From: Eledone cirrhosa
Lineage: Eukaryota
Direction of reading: 5' to 3'
NCBI GenBank assembly: GCA_964016885.1
Contig: OZ024741.1
Coordinates: forward strand, 29,946,001-30,010,000
Length of the DNA: 64,000 nt
Part shown: one piece after another, positions 51,642-64,000 of the stretch
How the letters are laid out: each line of letters opens with the position of its first letter
How positions within the stretch are numbered: position 1 is the stretch's first letter
Translations under genes and position numbers: made by a program
The notes under the pieces: model-generated
Databases searched by the model: none
The model's input: only the letters and a program-made list of their open reading frames with translations
Told to the model about the DNA's origin: nothing

Positions 51642-52264
51642 CTAGCAGTGGTACCCGGCGTTGCACGGGATAAGGTATTTTGGAACGCGGGCCGCCAACA
51701 GACCTAATCGTGGAAAAACTGCATGCCTGGACAATATGTAACGAAAATAACCCGAATACTCTGATGGATGGATAATCTAAGATTTTCCTCAATGAAGCAA
51801 GAAAAAGGCAGGTTTTCACCTAATGCGGGATCAAGAAAATGAATTTTTTTATGTGCATAATAAGCCTTGAAATTACGTGAAAAAAGCCCTAAAAAGCTGA
51901 AAAAAATGAAGTTTTTCACCTAATGCGGGCCCTAGGCCATTAAAATGTTGGATTTTCTTTACTCATGGTATGAAGAAGGGACTGACTAATACATAGTTAC
52001 AATTTCAAGGAAATCGGTCTGACGTAACGCCTCAAAAAAACCCTAAAAATTTGGAAAATACGCAGTTTTTCACCTAATGCGTGCCCTAGGGGATCAAAAA
52101 GTAGAATTGTTTTAATTGCATAACACTCCCTGAAATATAAGTAAAACACTTGTAAAGTTTGAAAAAGATCGGTTGGGTACTTCTCGGGTCCCCCCCCCCA
52201 CACACACACATACTAACATACATACATACATCCTTCCTCTGTTTTATATATATATATAGAGAGA
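51642..52264 (-). mobile_element. Non-autonomous Helitron
   Basis: Minus strand: 5' TC(TC)TATATATA..AAAA; 3' hairpin CCCGTGCAACGCCGGG followed by CTAG; A/T flanks; internal ttttcacctaatgcg repeats. Confidence 0.8.
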
Positions 52265-52470
52265 TTAAAATAACAGATTAAAGTTTAAGCAAAGAATCGT
52301 TGCTTTCACCCTTAACGGAATCTTCTGCAACTAAAGACATCAATCTGTGAACGCGGAAGTAAATATTTCGAAAAACGTTGCAACCGAAGGAAAACAGGAA
52401 GACGATACTTTGGTTCGTGAAGACGTTCCCTGGCAATGACCGGATAATAGCGAACATAATACGTCATCAA
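52265..52470 (-). repeat. Solo family-B pLTR fragment with HHR-like motif (52282-52332)
   Basis: Reverse complement of about 12360-12560. Confidence 0.8.
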
Positions 52471-52539
52471 TGTTCGTTAGAATGTCGTAATGCAGACAGC
52501 CAGGCATACAGACAGATATTCTAAGAGTGCGACAGAGTT

Positions 52540-52729
52540 GGATAACCGCCGCCTAACACCCCTTTAACAACAGAAAATTGAAAAATAAAAGCTGAAGTTA
52601 ATATCTTTAGACCGCAAGGAATATATAAATGCAAGTTTGAAGTCAATCGGAGTAGAAATGTGGATTTGTATAGACTTTGCTAAAATGAGGACACCCACAC
52701 ACAGACAACTACAGCTTTATATATATAGA
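52540..52729 (-). mobile_element. Helitron 5'-end fragment
   Basis: Minus strand A^TCTATATATATAAAGCTGTAGTTGTCTGTGTGTG. Confidence 0.55.
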
Positions 52730-52992
52730 TATGGTCTGGCGTCAATCAACTGCACTTTTAGTGTTTTTCAATTTACGAAGTTCTTTTATATATATAAGCA
52801 CCCCCCCCCCCCCAAAAAAAAAGACCAACCAATTAAATATTTAGTTATATCCCCCTCTATATTTATCTCTATATCTGACTCTCTCTAAATTTAGCTCACA
52901 TTTTTCTTGCCTCCTTGTCTCACCTGCTCTTACTTATTTATCCATTACTTCTGTCTTTATTTAAAAATTGTATTATCTGTCACACACAGACA

Positions 52993-53095
<103 letters not shown>

Positions 53096-53235
53096 ACTCT
53101 CTCTCTCTCTCTCCTCAATATATATACATATATATATTTAGTAGTAGTGGTAGTAGTAATAGTAACATTAATAATATTATCATCATGATAATATCAAATA
53201 GGCAGCGATATGACATACGAATATATATATATATA

Positions 53236-53313
53236 TCCCTGATGACGAAAGGCTTCTCCGTACGTTTCTTCGGAAACTATGTTTATTCTCTTTCAGAAAC
53301 TAATTAGTTGGAG
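53236..53313 (+). ncRNA. HHR with long stem II loop; divergent relative of the 27.9-29.2 kb array HHR
   Basis: TCC-CTGATGA-c-GAAAGG(about 36 nt)TCTTTC-a-GAAA-CTAATTA-GTT-GGAG; the downstream 50 bp also matches the array unit. Confidence 0.8.
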
Positions 53314-53362
53314 TGAAATTTTAGTAAGTAAGTTAATTTTTATAATTTTCTTATTTTACGTC

Positions 53363-53414
<52 letters not shown>

Positions 53415-53422
53415 AAGACAAA

Positions 53423-53608
53423 ATAATTGTTTCTACTTTTGGCACAAGGCCACCAATTCCTAGTGTATTACTGGTACTTTATTTTATCGACCCCGTAAGA
53501 ATGAAAGGCAAAGTTGACCTCAGCGGGATTTGAACTCAAACCATAAAGGACTGTAACTCTATGCTACAAAGCATGCTGTCCGACTCCCTACGGATGCTGC
53601 CAAACACC
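53423..53608 (-). mobile_element. SINE S1
   Basis: Similar to 22948-23137. Confidence 0.85.
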
Positions 53609-53759
53609 ACAAAATAATGGTAAAGTTTATGTATTGTCACTAACATAAGATATATACCAAAATTGTTCCAGTTATGTGGACATGGTATCTCCACAATAGA
53701 GATTAGATAAAAAATAATATTAATAATAACATCAATAATATTAATCATATTGAGTGTAT

Positions 53760-55780
53760 AGTTTCAGGAAAGTTCATCGTGTTCTTTTCGCGTGTATCTC
53801 TTGTCGAGTGTACAACAATGGCGTTGGTAGGGTGTTGTGAATCGGTGTTCCTCTGGGTTGCCATAAATCGAGCATTAAACGAAAGTTATATATACCTGGG
53901 ACTAGGAAGTTATCTCGCCATTAGTTTGTAGATTTTCCTGTCGAACAGGCTTGATCTTATCCAAGTGTGTGTGCTTCGATGGCTTGCGGTATCAAACTTT
54001 TAGTTACATCAGTAAGCGATCAGCCTCGGCAGAAGCTGTTATATTATATGCAGGTAGAGGACAATTATAATTGTTTATGCATGGTGACCCTTGACCTCCT
54101 TGTCTGGAGCTGACCAATATTTTGAACCTCAATTTCATCCCCAGAATTGACGCCATTTTATATATGATGGCAATCATGTGTGATGCACCTCTTCTCAAGT
54201 CTAAGACTTTAAAAAGGATATTTTTAGGAATATGATCGTATGCAACAATTAGGTTAATACACAAATCAATTAAATTATTTATGTATTTGTCGATAACAGA
54301 GTTTAGCACAGGTGTTCCAGTTGTTGATTTGAGTCCTAAAAACTAAATTGGGAGTCGTCTATGTTTCGTAAACCCCTTTTAGTTGTATCATAGCAATTTA
54401 TGTTAGTACCCGATTCATTTTATATCTGATTGACAATCCACGGTAATTCAATGTTCAACGGATCCTTCTTGTGCAAATGTGTTATGTTGGAATGTAGCCA
54501 TGAAGTTACTACAGACAATCAACCAGAACATATTAAATAGCATGAGCATCATATGGATGAGTTGCTTGCTTGAATTATATTTCAAACCTTCCATCCTCAG
54601 CTTCGTTTGTTGTTTTTTAATGTCTTCCAGTCATGCTCCATCTCATCTACGTTTGGTGAATCTTCAATCACTGTAACGTGGTATATTCTCCGATTGAACT
54701 AACTCTGGTGGCGTTTCAAGCTACGGTACACGTGAGGCAAAATGGTTTTGAAATGATTTCATAGTTTATGTTTCGAGCTGAATATTTGGAATGTTTATTG
54801 ATTGTGGTATATTTCCTCGCCCTTGCGAAGTACTTTTCCGCTTTTCTCACCATAACTACAGAGTTTATTTTCTCAGCAAATTCAGAGTAGTAAACAATTT
54901 TCAGTTCTTTTGATCTTTTATTTTGTTCCTTTGGTCCCTACTTCTATAGTATAATTTCTTCCTCTCAATCTTTGCACGAGATCTTGCAGTTCTTTTAACG
55001 TTTTTGGCATATCTTCTTAAGCCCCCTCTCATTGTATCTGTTATTATTTCATTCAGTTTCATCTATAACATTACTATTCACTCCACACCATTTAGAATAT
55101 TATTAATGTATTCAGTCAGATCCTGTTGCAGGTTTGGTTTTTTTTTTAATGATTGGATATCGAGGCATGGCTTAGTAGCTGATGTTATTGCTCTGCTCAG
55201 TTTGCATATTAACTCCCGCGAGTTGCATATATTCTGGCCATTAGAAAAAATAAATGCTTCACCTTCAAAGAAAGAGGGACTCAAGAAGTAAAAAAAGAGG
55301 ATTTGGGAAATGATAAGTTCCTGACCAACAGTCTCTTATCAGTGTAGAGCAGTGATGATAGTCCAATGAATACGCTGCATGGCTTCCCCACAATAAAGAT
55401 CCAGTCACAGGTGCATATGAACTTTATTCTCTTCCATGTACTTGTCATGGCATATTTCCATATTTCAGGATGTATTCGCTTCGTTCTTAATATGAAGTTG
55501 GTGATCTTCATTTTCTTTTTCAAACATTATTTCAGTAGTTGTAAAATATTCCCATTTGTGGCGATAATGGCAGAGTTGTAACCTTGTACAGATATCCATG
55601 AGCCACTATCACTGATTTTGGAAATGATAGGGTCATTGAAGTCACATAGTGTGATAGATTTAAAGTTTTGATTTTGATCGAGCTTTTCCTATCTTTCGAT
55701 CTTATTTAGAAGGCTTCCTTAGTTGATTCTGATTCCATTGCAGCCATTGGTAAATATAAATTGATGACAAATTATATTGA
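53760..55780 (-). pseudogene. Old non-LTR retrotransposon RT relic
   Basis: LIVAYDHIP..LFKVL and RQGGQGSPC resemble RT motifs DLxxAYD and RQGxxxSP. Confidence 0.55.
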
Positions 55781-56937
55781 AATCTTAGCAGTGAGACTAG
55801 CTGAGATTATTCCCACAGTTATATGAGGGCCCACGATTATTTCCACTGCGTATTCTTCCACAATAACAATTACCTCAATATCCAACGGGAACATAAACTC
55901 CCACACAAACAACAACAGCAACAGCCATATTTTTATACGAACAGTAAAGAAGAAGAAGAAGAAGGAGGAGGAGGAGCAGGAGGAGGATCTGAACCACCCA
56001 CACGGGGCGTGTCGGCGGTGAGTTTATGTGCTCTTTTTCTTCATATTTCTGCATGTTTACACATGTTCCATGGTGTGGATAAGGTAATTGCTAAAATGAC
56101 CAGAAAGAATTTCTTTCACAGATGGATCGAACAAAAGACGCTTTCAATTCTTCTAAACATGGCAAAGAGAAAGAAAGGATTTACGGCACTTTAAATATTA
56201 TCGCCTCCGCTTTCCATTAACATAGCTTGACAGCATCTGATAGCAGCTGGAACTTCAAAGAAAACACATTAATCTATAGATGTTGCTATACCCGAACCGG
56301 TCAAACATTGAGAGTGTTTATGTCTAGTATAAACATGCTAACGTTGAATATTCTCCTAAGCTTTGCATAACCTCGTTAACCTCTGAATACCTATATTCAC
56401 ATTTTCCATTGAAAATCCATGGTAACTTTGAACATATAAGCAAGCGTTGGACATTATCGTTAACTTTAGACAGTCCAGTTAAACCTGAATTCTACAATGA
56501 ATAGTTCCTACTGAACAGTCCTTTTAACATGGAATAATTTTGTTCAAAATGAAAGTGCTTGCTAGATATGGAAACCTCTATGCATGTTCTCCAAGATATA
56601 TTTAAATCTTATTTAAAGAAGGAAAACTGTTGACATATTTCTCAACGTATGTATAATAAAAAGGCAAGTGAGAATCTAACTACTGTATAGATACCTTAAT
56701 TCCTTCTGACTCAGCACAATACGAGGTTGAAAGTAAAGGAAGTAGAAAAATGGTTTAAGAGGAATATAGTGAATACGCTAACTTATGCTTTCTTTTTAAT
56801 TCTTTATTTATTCCGATGAAGTGTTCTGTGTTATTCCCACTCTAAACATGTCTAAATTCGAACGCCAACCAGTGTACTATTCCCGTAATGATTATTCAAT
56901 TAGGAAAATATTATTTCGTGAATGAATAATAGTAATA

Positions 56938-57034
56938 AATAATTGTTTCTACTTTTGGCACAAGCCCAGCAATACACCAGTACATTACTGGTACTTTAGT
57001 TTATCGTCCCCGTAAGGATGAAAGGCATAGTTAA
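56938..57034 (-). mobile_element. SINE S1 3' fragment
   Basis: aattgtttctacttttggcacaag...cgtaaggatgaaaggc. Confidence 0.8.
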
Positions 57035-58124
57035 TATTATTATTATTCGGTTGGTTCGTTTTTAAGCATACAGCGTCATGATACCACGTGTGAATTTTCG
57101 TTGACTGTCGTCATCCTTTGTTCCAGCGATAGCAGACAGAAAATAGTCGACAATTGTTTCGGAATAATTGCCCCTTATCAAGACTGGGCATCTCTCGTCT
57201 CTGCTACCAGCTAGAACTTCTGAGAATACATAGTATTCTCAAAGGAATCAATCGACAGATTAGCCTAATTTGCAGAGCGATTTTACAGGCGGCTTTGAAA
57301 ACGAACTGAATATTAATAGTATTATTATATTATTATTATTCAGTCACAAATACATTTAGATATCCATCATATAAGTGCGAAAACAAATTTGGTTTTCAAA
57401 ATATCATTATTCTTTGGATATTGTTTCCATCACTCGCATCATTATTAATTGTGAGTTTTTAATGCCTACTGTATTAGATATGTTATCACCGACTTATGTA
57501 AGTAAGTTGCATTTTTCAAGAATTGGGAACAATATTGAAATGAAATATTTACTTCTCACAGAACCATCTGCTCGGTTAATATAATACACATTGATTCTTA
57601 AAAGGAACATATTATTGGATTTATTTATGGAGCCGACTTTTGCAATATTAAGATTCCATTATTCCGTAACCCTCATATTGAATATGATCGTTTTCATGTA
57701 CTGATTATAACCACGTGTATAACGCTTACATAAATATTTGTTGGTTAGTAGCATGGATATATTGATACTAAATTACTTTGAAAGTGACACATCAGCATTA
57801 TATTTTAACATAAACATAAATATATTTGTCAATGAGAGACATATTATATATATGAATCTGAAAGTGATATCCAATAAAGCTGACCGATTGTAAACTGGAA
57901 GTAAAGAACGAAAGAGTGAAAATAAGCATTTCTATGCTCTACTATGCCTGTTACATAATTTCCTTCCCAACTTCTTTTCTTTGCTTCACACAAACCATAA
58001 ATATTCTCAGGATTTTTAATGTAATATTCACCTACGCTGTTGTGTTATTGGTGTTTTGTCGCCAGTTAACCCCACCCCAGACATCATCATTCTGTCTTTT
58101 TACGAACATGTGGTAAAAAGGTTC

Positions 58125-58250
58125 GCAGAATCATAGAAGCGTAGTATAACATGTCTTTTGGTATTTGCTTCGGATTTTAACATTGGAGTTCAAATCCCAC
58201 CGAAAACAACTTTGCCTATCATAGTTATGAGCTCATTAAAATAAAAGCAA
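58125..58250 (+). mobile_element. Diverged SINE S1-like copy
   Basis: gagttcaaatcccaccgaaaacaactttgcctatcat. Confidence 0.5.
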
Positions 58251-59320
58251 ATATCAGTCCAGGGTGATTGGTCGTGAGAATTAGTCGAGCCTAGCACAAA
58301 ATACTTTGATGTATCTATTATAGCTCTATACTATTTGAAGGTTCATTTGCAACAATTAATAACTTTACCGGTTTCAAAAGTTAAGAGAGATGGAGAGATG
58401 TGTGGCTATAACAACTTGTAACTCGCTTCAAACTCATGCTGGGAATTTCTTTCAGTTTTATGCAAAAAATGTGCCTTGATTGCTATTTGTTTGAAATAGA
58501 ATTTGATAGGTTGTGAAAGATAACGTGATTAGAGAGCGAATTCTTTTGTAACGGCGCGTCAAGCATCGAGCGTGTCATGGTTCTTTCAAGTTTTTGCAGG
58601 GAAGTAACTTAGATTTAAAGTATAATTTGATAGAATATATAAAAAATACTTACTTTTGAATATATATACAGTTATGTAAATATGAGTGTTTGTGTGTCTA
58701 TTTTGATAGAAATGATGGTTTCCTCAAGAGATTACATGGGGAAGGGCGCATGTCTATAACTTCTCAGTGTATTTCATTCACTTCAAACAACGTGCGCCAT
58801 TCACGTTCTTAGCTTTCGAATGATTTAATGTAAATCTATGTCTGACGATTATTGATACATGGCCGTCTCTGATTGTCCATTTAACATTTCAAAACTTGAA
58901 CGAATTCTCACAGGGACCAGAAGCAAAACTATCTAAAATTAACGACAGCGACCAACTAACATTGTTGAAGAAGCGTAATGACGAGATAACACAACTTTAA
59001 AGGGTTAATTCAGTGCAAGTTTAGATAATATTGTTATTTAACCCAAGTAATAATGAAGGTGGCTTTTGTTATTAATATAACTGTTATTTATGTTTTTGTG
59101 AGATTTTTTTCCATTCATCGTGAAACTTATGGGTGTAGTGTTACGTTGTCTGTAGTGTGTTGTGTTTGTCTTCAGCGTCTGCGATAACCATGAAGTTCAA
59201 TTGTAGATAAGACAAATCTGGAAGTCTACAGTCAACACACACACACACATAATATATATATATATATATATATACATATATATATAAATATGTATATACA
59301 TATATATATTCATATGTATG

Positions 59321-59359
<39 letters not shown>

Positions 59360-59422
59360 ATATGTATATATATATGTACATATAGATGCATATATATATG
59401 CACATACATATGAATATACATA

Positions 59423-59460
<38 letters not shown>

Positions 59461-60149
59461 TGCATATATATACATATATGTATATATTCATGACATATAC
59501 GGAAATTAGGTGGCAATATTGATAAAAATGTAAAAGTAGATAAATAAAAATGTGTCTTTGATGGTAAAGATGAAAGAAACATGTGAGAGTGTTTAGAGAG
59601 GAATGTAGGAATATGTGTTAGAAAGAGAGAGAGAGAGAGAGAATGAGATGGTCTTATGGGTGTTGTTGGGGGAGACTGTGTGTAAAGTAACGTGTGTACA
59701 TGCGAGAGAGGCGAAAACAGAGGTTCAAGAAACTTTTGGAATGTCGAAGAAGTTCGTGTGAGAGAAAGGAAGCTTAAGAAATTGACTGGGAAAGAAGAAA
59801 GGATTGAGAATGGAAGAGGGAGAGACGAAACGTTTGAGAGAGAGAGAGAGAGAGAGAGAGCAATTGACAAAAGACTACATGTTGTGGTTATCATATCCAT
59901 TAATTTTGCAATATATTAATATTAACTAGGAGAAATATTATAAATGGTTACTGACTCAAGTAACTAGGGCCATGCATTTTGTTTGGTTTATATTGAATCC
60001 ACAATGATGCCGAGTCACACGCCATCTGTGAGCAGACATACGTACTATAGTAATGGATGACACTTGTTCTTTATTTCTGTAAGTCTAGTGATTCATCTTG
60101 CAATATCGCTCCTCTATGAAACTAAGCAGGTAAGACAAATATATATTAT

Positions 60150-61020
60150 TATTTACAAGCTAGCAAATGTTCAATATATTAAAATGTATGGGAAACACGC
60201 AGCTGAAAAATAGTATTGGGGAATTGAGCAAACTGTAAAAGCTATTTAAGAAACATTAATGAAAAACATGTTCTTTTTAGGAAATATGTAAAATCCTCAA
60301 CAGTTTCAGGAATGTAGGAAATTATGGAGACATAATCGACGAATGATAGGGTATAAAATACAAACCTGATAATGTTAGACAGGAAGATTGGTAGAACATA
60401 GAAATATAGAGATAAATATATAGAATCTTATGTAGTTCGTAACATTTCATGAAGAGGTCCTACCTAATCATGAGAGCAAAGAACTCCATATGCATCTTCT
60501 AGGCAATTCTGGCTTTTACTCCCAAGAAATTCCAGGGTGTACAATTCTGAAGAGAAACATCCTGGAATTTCATAAATATGTGATAAGAACCTTCACGAAT
60601 GACAGTATTGCCAACTTTTGGTGTGATGTTAAAACAAAATTGTCGACAGTAGAAGTGCAAAGAAGATGACCATAATTTCAACTGAACAATTAAATAGTTC
60701 ACTATATGTTGTTTTGGCATGCTATGCAAACGAAAAAATCCACCGCTTTTCATATGTAAAGGAAAAACAATATTCAAGGAATTCATCCCAGTCGGTGTAC
60801 TTCTTTATGTCCAACGATAAATGTAAATATACGAATGTGGTGCAAAACTGTGGTAGCAGAAATAGTAGTCATATGGCCCATTTAATCACTCAAAGAAAAC
60901 AACACTTCTATTTTGGGCTCATTACCAAGGCAATAGAAGCAACAAATGAAATATTGCAGGTATTATATACTAAATAAGCATAAATCAACGGCATTAAAAG
61001 AGATCTGTCCAAGAACTAAA
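60150..61020 (+). pseudogene. pogo/Tigger-type (DDE_1) transposase relic
   Basis: Joined frames give STVEV..KMTIISTE..LYVVLACYAN / KNPPLFICKGKTIFKEFIPVGV, resembling the pogo DDE_1 motif TVVLAC.ADG.KLPP..IFK.K; upstream YGKHAAEK resembles an HTH. Confidence 0.6.
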
Positions 61021-61059
61021 TTTCGTATCTTCAACACCAACGTGAACGCGGTACTGCGG

Positions 61060-61225
61060 TACTACTGTTAAACCCCAGCTATTAGTGGTACTCACCTTTA
61101 GCTGAGTATATTGGAGCCACGTGATATGAAGTGTTTTTCTAATACAACAAGTAACCTAGCCTAGGAATCGAACTTATGGCATTATGATCGTTAGTCCAAC
61201 ACCTTTACCACTAGGCTACGTGCCT
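61060..61225 (-). mobile_element. CORE-like SINE (S2), diverged
   Basis: Minus strand gtagcctagtggtaaaggtgttggact..gttcgattcctagg. Confidence 0.65.
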
Positions 61226-61746
61226 TTCAATTGCACAAATCCTATAGTTTTATGATCTGAGTTAGATTATGCTTCACTGATGGGGTCTAATATTATCGAA
61301 TCTAGTTACCACAATACTGCTGAAAATCAACCACGATTCCCGTTTCATTCATTATTTAATTAAAATTGGTTAATTAAAATTTCGGGAGTTGTGTCCCCTT
61401 TTCTGACCTGAATAAGCCATTTAGATAATTATTGTTCTCATCTTTAAAGTAGTAATTTTAATTAATTAAAATGTCATGGCTTACTAGATCAAGTATGGTA
61501 TGAGCCAATTTGAAACTATATAGTAATATATCAAGTGTATGTGAGTATGTGTATTGTGTGTGTTTGTGCTGTTATATAACCTGAAGTAAACATAATCTGC
61601 CCGTTATAGACTGAACTCCTATGTATTTTATTGATCTCGGAACTGTTGAAGTCGATCTCAACCTCGGTTAAACTTAAACACAAAATATAAAGTGATATTA
61701 CTAATTACCAGAAGGGGATATATACCATGATATACAGGTTGACATT

Positions 61747-61749
<3 letters not shown>

Positions 61750-61831
<82 letters not shown>

Positions 61832-61850
61832 TGGAGAGGGAGAGAGAGAG
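61750..61850. repeat. (GA)n microsatellite
   Basis: Directly visible. Confidence 0.95.
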
Positions 61851-62092
61851 ACAAACCGAATCTGTGAGAGAAAGAATGAGAGAAACATGGACAGAATTAG
61901 ATTAAAAAGAGAAAGAAGTGTCTGAGTGTGTGTATATGTGCATTTGGATGGGGGAATTTCTATATTCCAATTTGTATGTGTATGTTACCGTGCGTTTAAG
62001 CTTGTTGGATGGTATGTAAGCTTTTGTATATGTACGTGTGTGTATGTGTGCAAATGATCAGATCCAACTTTATATATATATATATATATATA

Positions 62093-62465
62093 CAATATAT
62101 TAATAAATGGAATCTATATTTATAAAACCATATTTATTTTATTTTACATATTTTAAGGGCAACCAAGGCAGATTATGGTGCGCTTTCATCAGATAAAATA
62201 CAGATTTGTTTCATAAATAAATATTGACATACATGGAAAAAAACAACCTTAACGGTTGGAGCTTACTGGAAAGTGGAGATAGTACATTTATTGAGGGTAA
62301 TACAAAGTTATGAGGGAGTATGCAAATAAAATAAATATGGTTTTCTAAATATAGTTTCCATTTATTAATATATTGTGTATTTACTCCACTAAACTGGTGA
62401 GTGCTTTATATCAGTTATACAAAATTTTAAGCTTGTTGAATCCCAACAAATTAAATATAACCTCT
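62093..62465 (-). repeat. pLTR-like repeat with internal inverted repeat (62093-62145 / 62323-62374) and degenerate HHR (62135-62200)
   Basis: Minus strand tattttat-CTGATGA-AAGCGCACCA..TGGTTGCCCTT-AAAA-TAT-GTA; homologous to 33700-33920. Confidence 0.6.
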
Positions 62466-62802
62466 GTATATACATATATATATATATATGTCCCAAGGCT
62501 CTGATACCATCAACACTATACACACAGAGCTGGCATATCTAAGAACTGACTAACTGCCTGACGAGATCATAGCCATTCAATGGCTATCATCGAAATATAT
62601 ATACCAGTAAATAAAGGATTATGAGTTCATGCAATTGATTTATGTTTCGTCACTATATATATCAAGTAAAAATATTTTCGAAACAGCAAGTGGGTTTGAA
62701 ATTATTAGAAATGTAAGCTATCGCCGTATTTTGACTAAATAAATTAAAGAAAGTATTTAGCCTGATAGTGGGGTTAAGAACCCTCGGAGAAATGGAAAAA
62801 GA

Positions 62803-62995
62803 TGACGATAGCTAATAAGCTTGAAACTAGTACAGCGTTTCTTTGTCAGTGTTGAACAAATGAGCAACAATGGTTGCTAGACACTGTACGGCTTAATTCG
62901 GGATGTTTGTTTACAAACACACCGAGCATTATAATAAATGTTCGGTGAATCCATACGTACATATATATATATGTGTGCATGTATGTATATATATG

Positions 62996-63069
<74 letters not shown>

Positions 63070-63559
63070 CTACTGTACGTCTGTATACATATATGTATGT
63101 ACGTATATATTTAAGTAACAGCCGTACTAAGTGTGAGAAATGAAATTTCGTTTCATTTTTTACGCTTATCGTTTTCGGTACCCCGGCCGATTAACTCACT
63201 CGATATGCAAATTAGGCTTCTCAGCCGTTAATATGCTTAAGGAACGTATATACTTTCAGACGTTCAACCATCTTGCAGGAAGGTATACGTTGCTGACGAT
63301 AGCTAATAAGCTTGGAACTAGTACAGCGTTCCTTTGTCAGTGTTGAACAAATGAGCAACGATGGTTGCTAGACACTGTACGGCTTAATTCGGGATGTTTG
63401 TTTACAAACACACCGAGCATTATAATAAATGTTCGGTGAATCCATACGTACATATATATATATATATATGTGTGTGCATGTATGTATATATATATATATA
63501 TATAAAATATACATACTACTGTACGTCTGTATACATATATGTATGTACTTATACATACT

Positions 63560-63560
<1 letters not shown>
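62803..63560 (+). mobile_element. Tandem HHR-bearing non-coding repeat (491 bp period, about 1.5 copies), same family as 18688-19640
   Basis: HHRs at 62803-62838 (5'-truncated at the core) and 63287-63329 (GGAA variant). Confidence 0.85.
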
Positions 63561-63587
<27 letters not shown>

Positions 63588-63592
<5 letters not shown>

Positions 63593-63728
63593 AAGAAAGT
63601 GTGGTAAGGAACTAGCTGGACCATAACGTACCAGAGTACTCGATACTTAGGATAGTAGAGAGGGTAATAGGAAAAGAGTCAGGACCCCGATGGCTGAGCC
63701 TGGCGTCGGGGTCCTGACTCTTTTCCCA
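63588..63728 (+). repeat. Hairpin-ended repeat, copy 3 (shortened hairpin)
   Basis: ggaaaagagtcaggaccccgatg..cgtcggggtcctgactcttttcc. Confidence 0.78.
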
Positions 63729-63732
63729 TAAA

Positions 63733-63889
63733 TATGGTGTTAGGAAGGGCATTCAGCTTCATAAAACCGGCCAGAGACACTTCTGTACGAGCGAGACACG
63801 CCCTCCCGACTATTCCCGCATCAAATGGAACAAAACCGTTTAACCTATGCTAGCGTGGAAGATGGACGTTAAATGATGATGACGATGAT
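63733..63889 (+). mobile_element. SINE/LINE 3' tail fragment with (GAT)n end
   Basis: ggtgttaggaagggcattcagc...ggacgttaaatgatgatgacgatga. Confidence 0.55.
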
Positions 63890-63891
63890 AT

Positions 63892-63949
<58 letters not shown>

Positions 63950-64000
63950 TAGTGCAAATTTATACGGGACCAAAACAGAGAGGCAGACAAATAAAGGTTT

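Noticed and set aside
55823-56194. 123 aa ORF with Q/E/G runs as a host exon
   Set aside because: Low-complexity trinucleotide repeats with no recognisable domain; cannot be supported without RNA data

Overview
AT-rich eukaryotic DNA made almost entirely of transposable elements and (TA)n/(CA)n/(GA)n microsatellites. The SINE types and repeat landscape suggest an octopus/cephalopod genome (inference). No host gene is supportable, and most ORF-track entries are microsatellite artefacts. Contents: at least 7 decayed Penelope-like retroelements (PLEs; RT + C-terminal GIY-YIG) from several families, a Tx1/L1-type LINE with a zinc-knuckle ORF1, RTE-derived short elements, two tRNA-SINE families, Helitron remnants, MITEs and a pogo-type transposase relic. 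The main signal is about 25 type I hammerhead-ribozyme (HHR) motifs in about 12 sequence families, found by eye. They sit in PLE pseudo-LTRs and in two ORF-less tandem repeats (about 555 bp and 420-490 bp units) that resemble non-LTR retrozymes able to release circularisable monomer RNAs. Several families carry fixed non-canonical cores (U3-A8 swap, U4A, U4C), one shows stem II covariation, and many inversion or truncation breakpoints fall inside the ribozyme. Element boundaries are approximate and no ribozyme activity is demonstrated.
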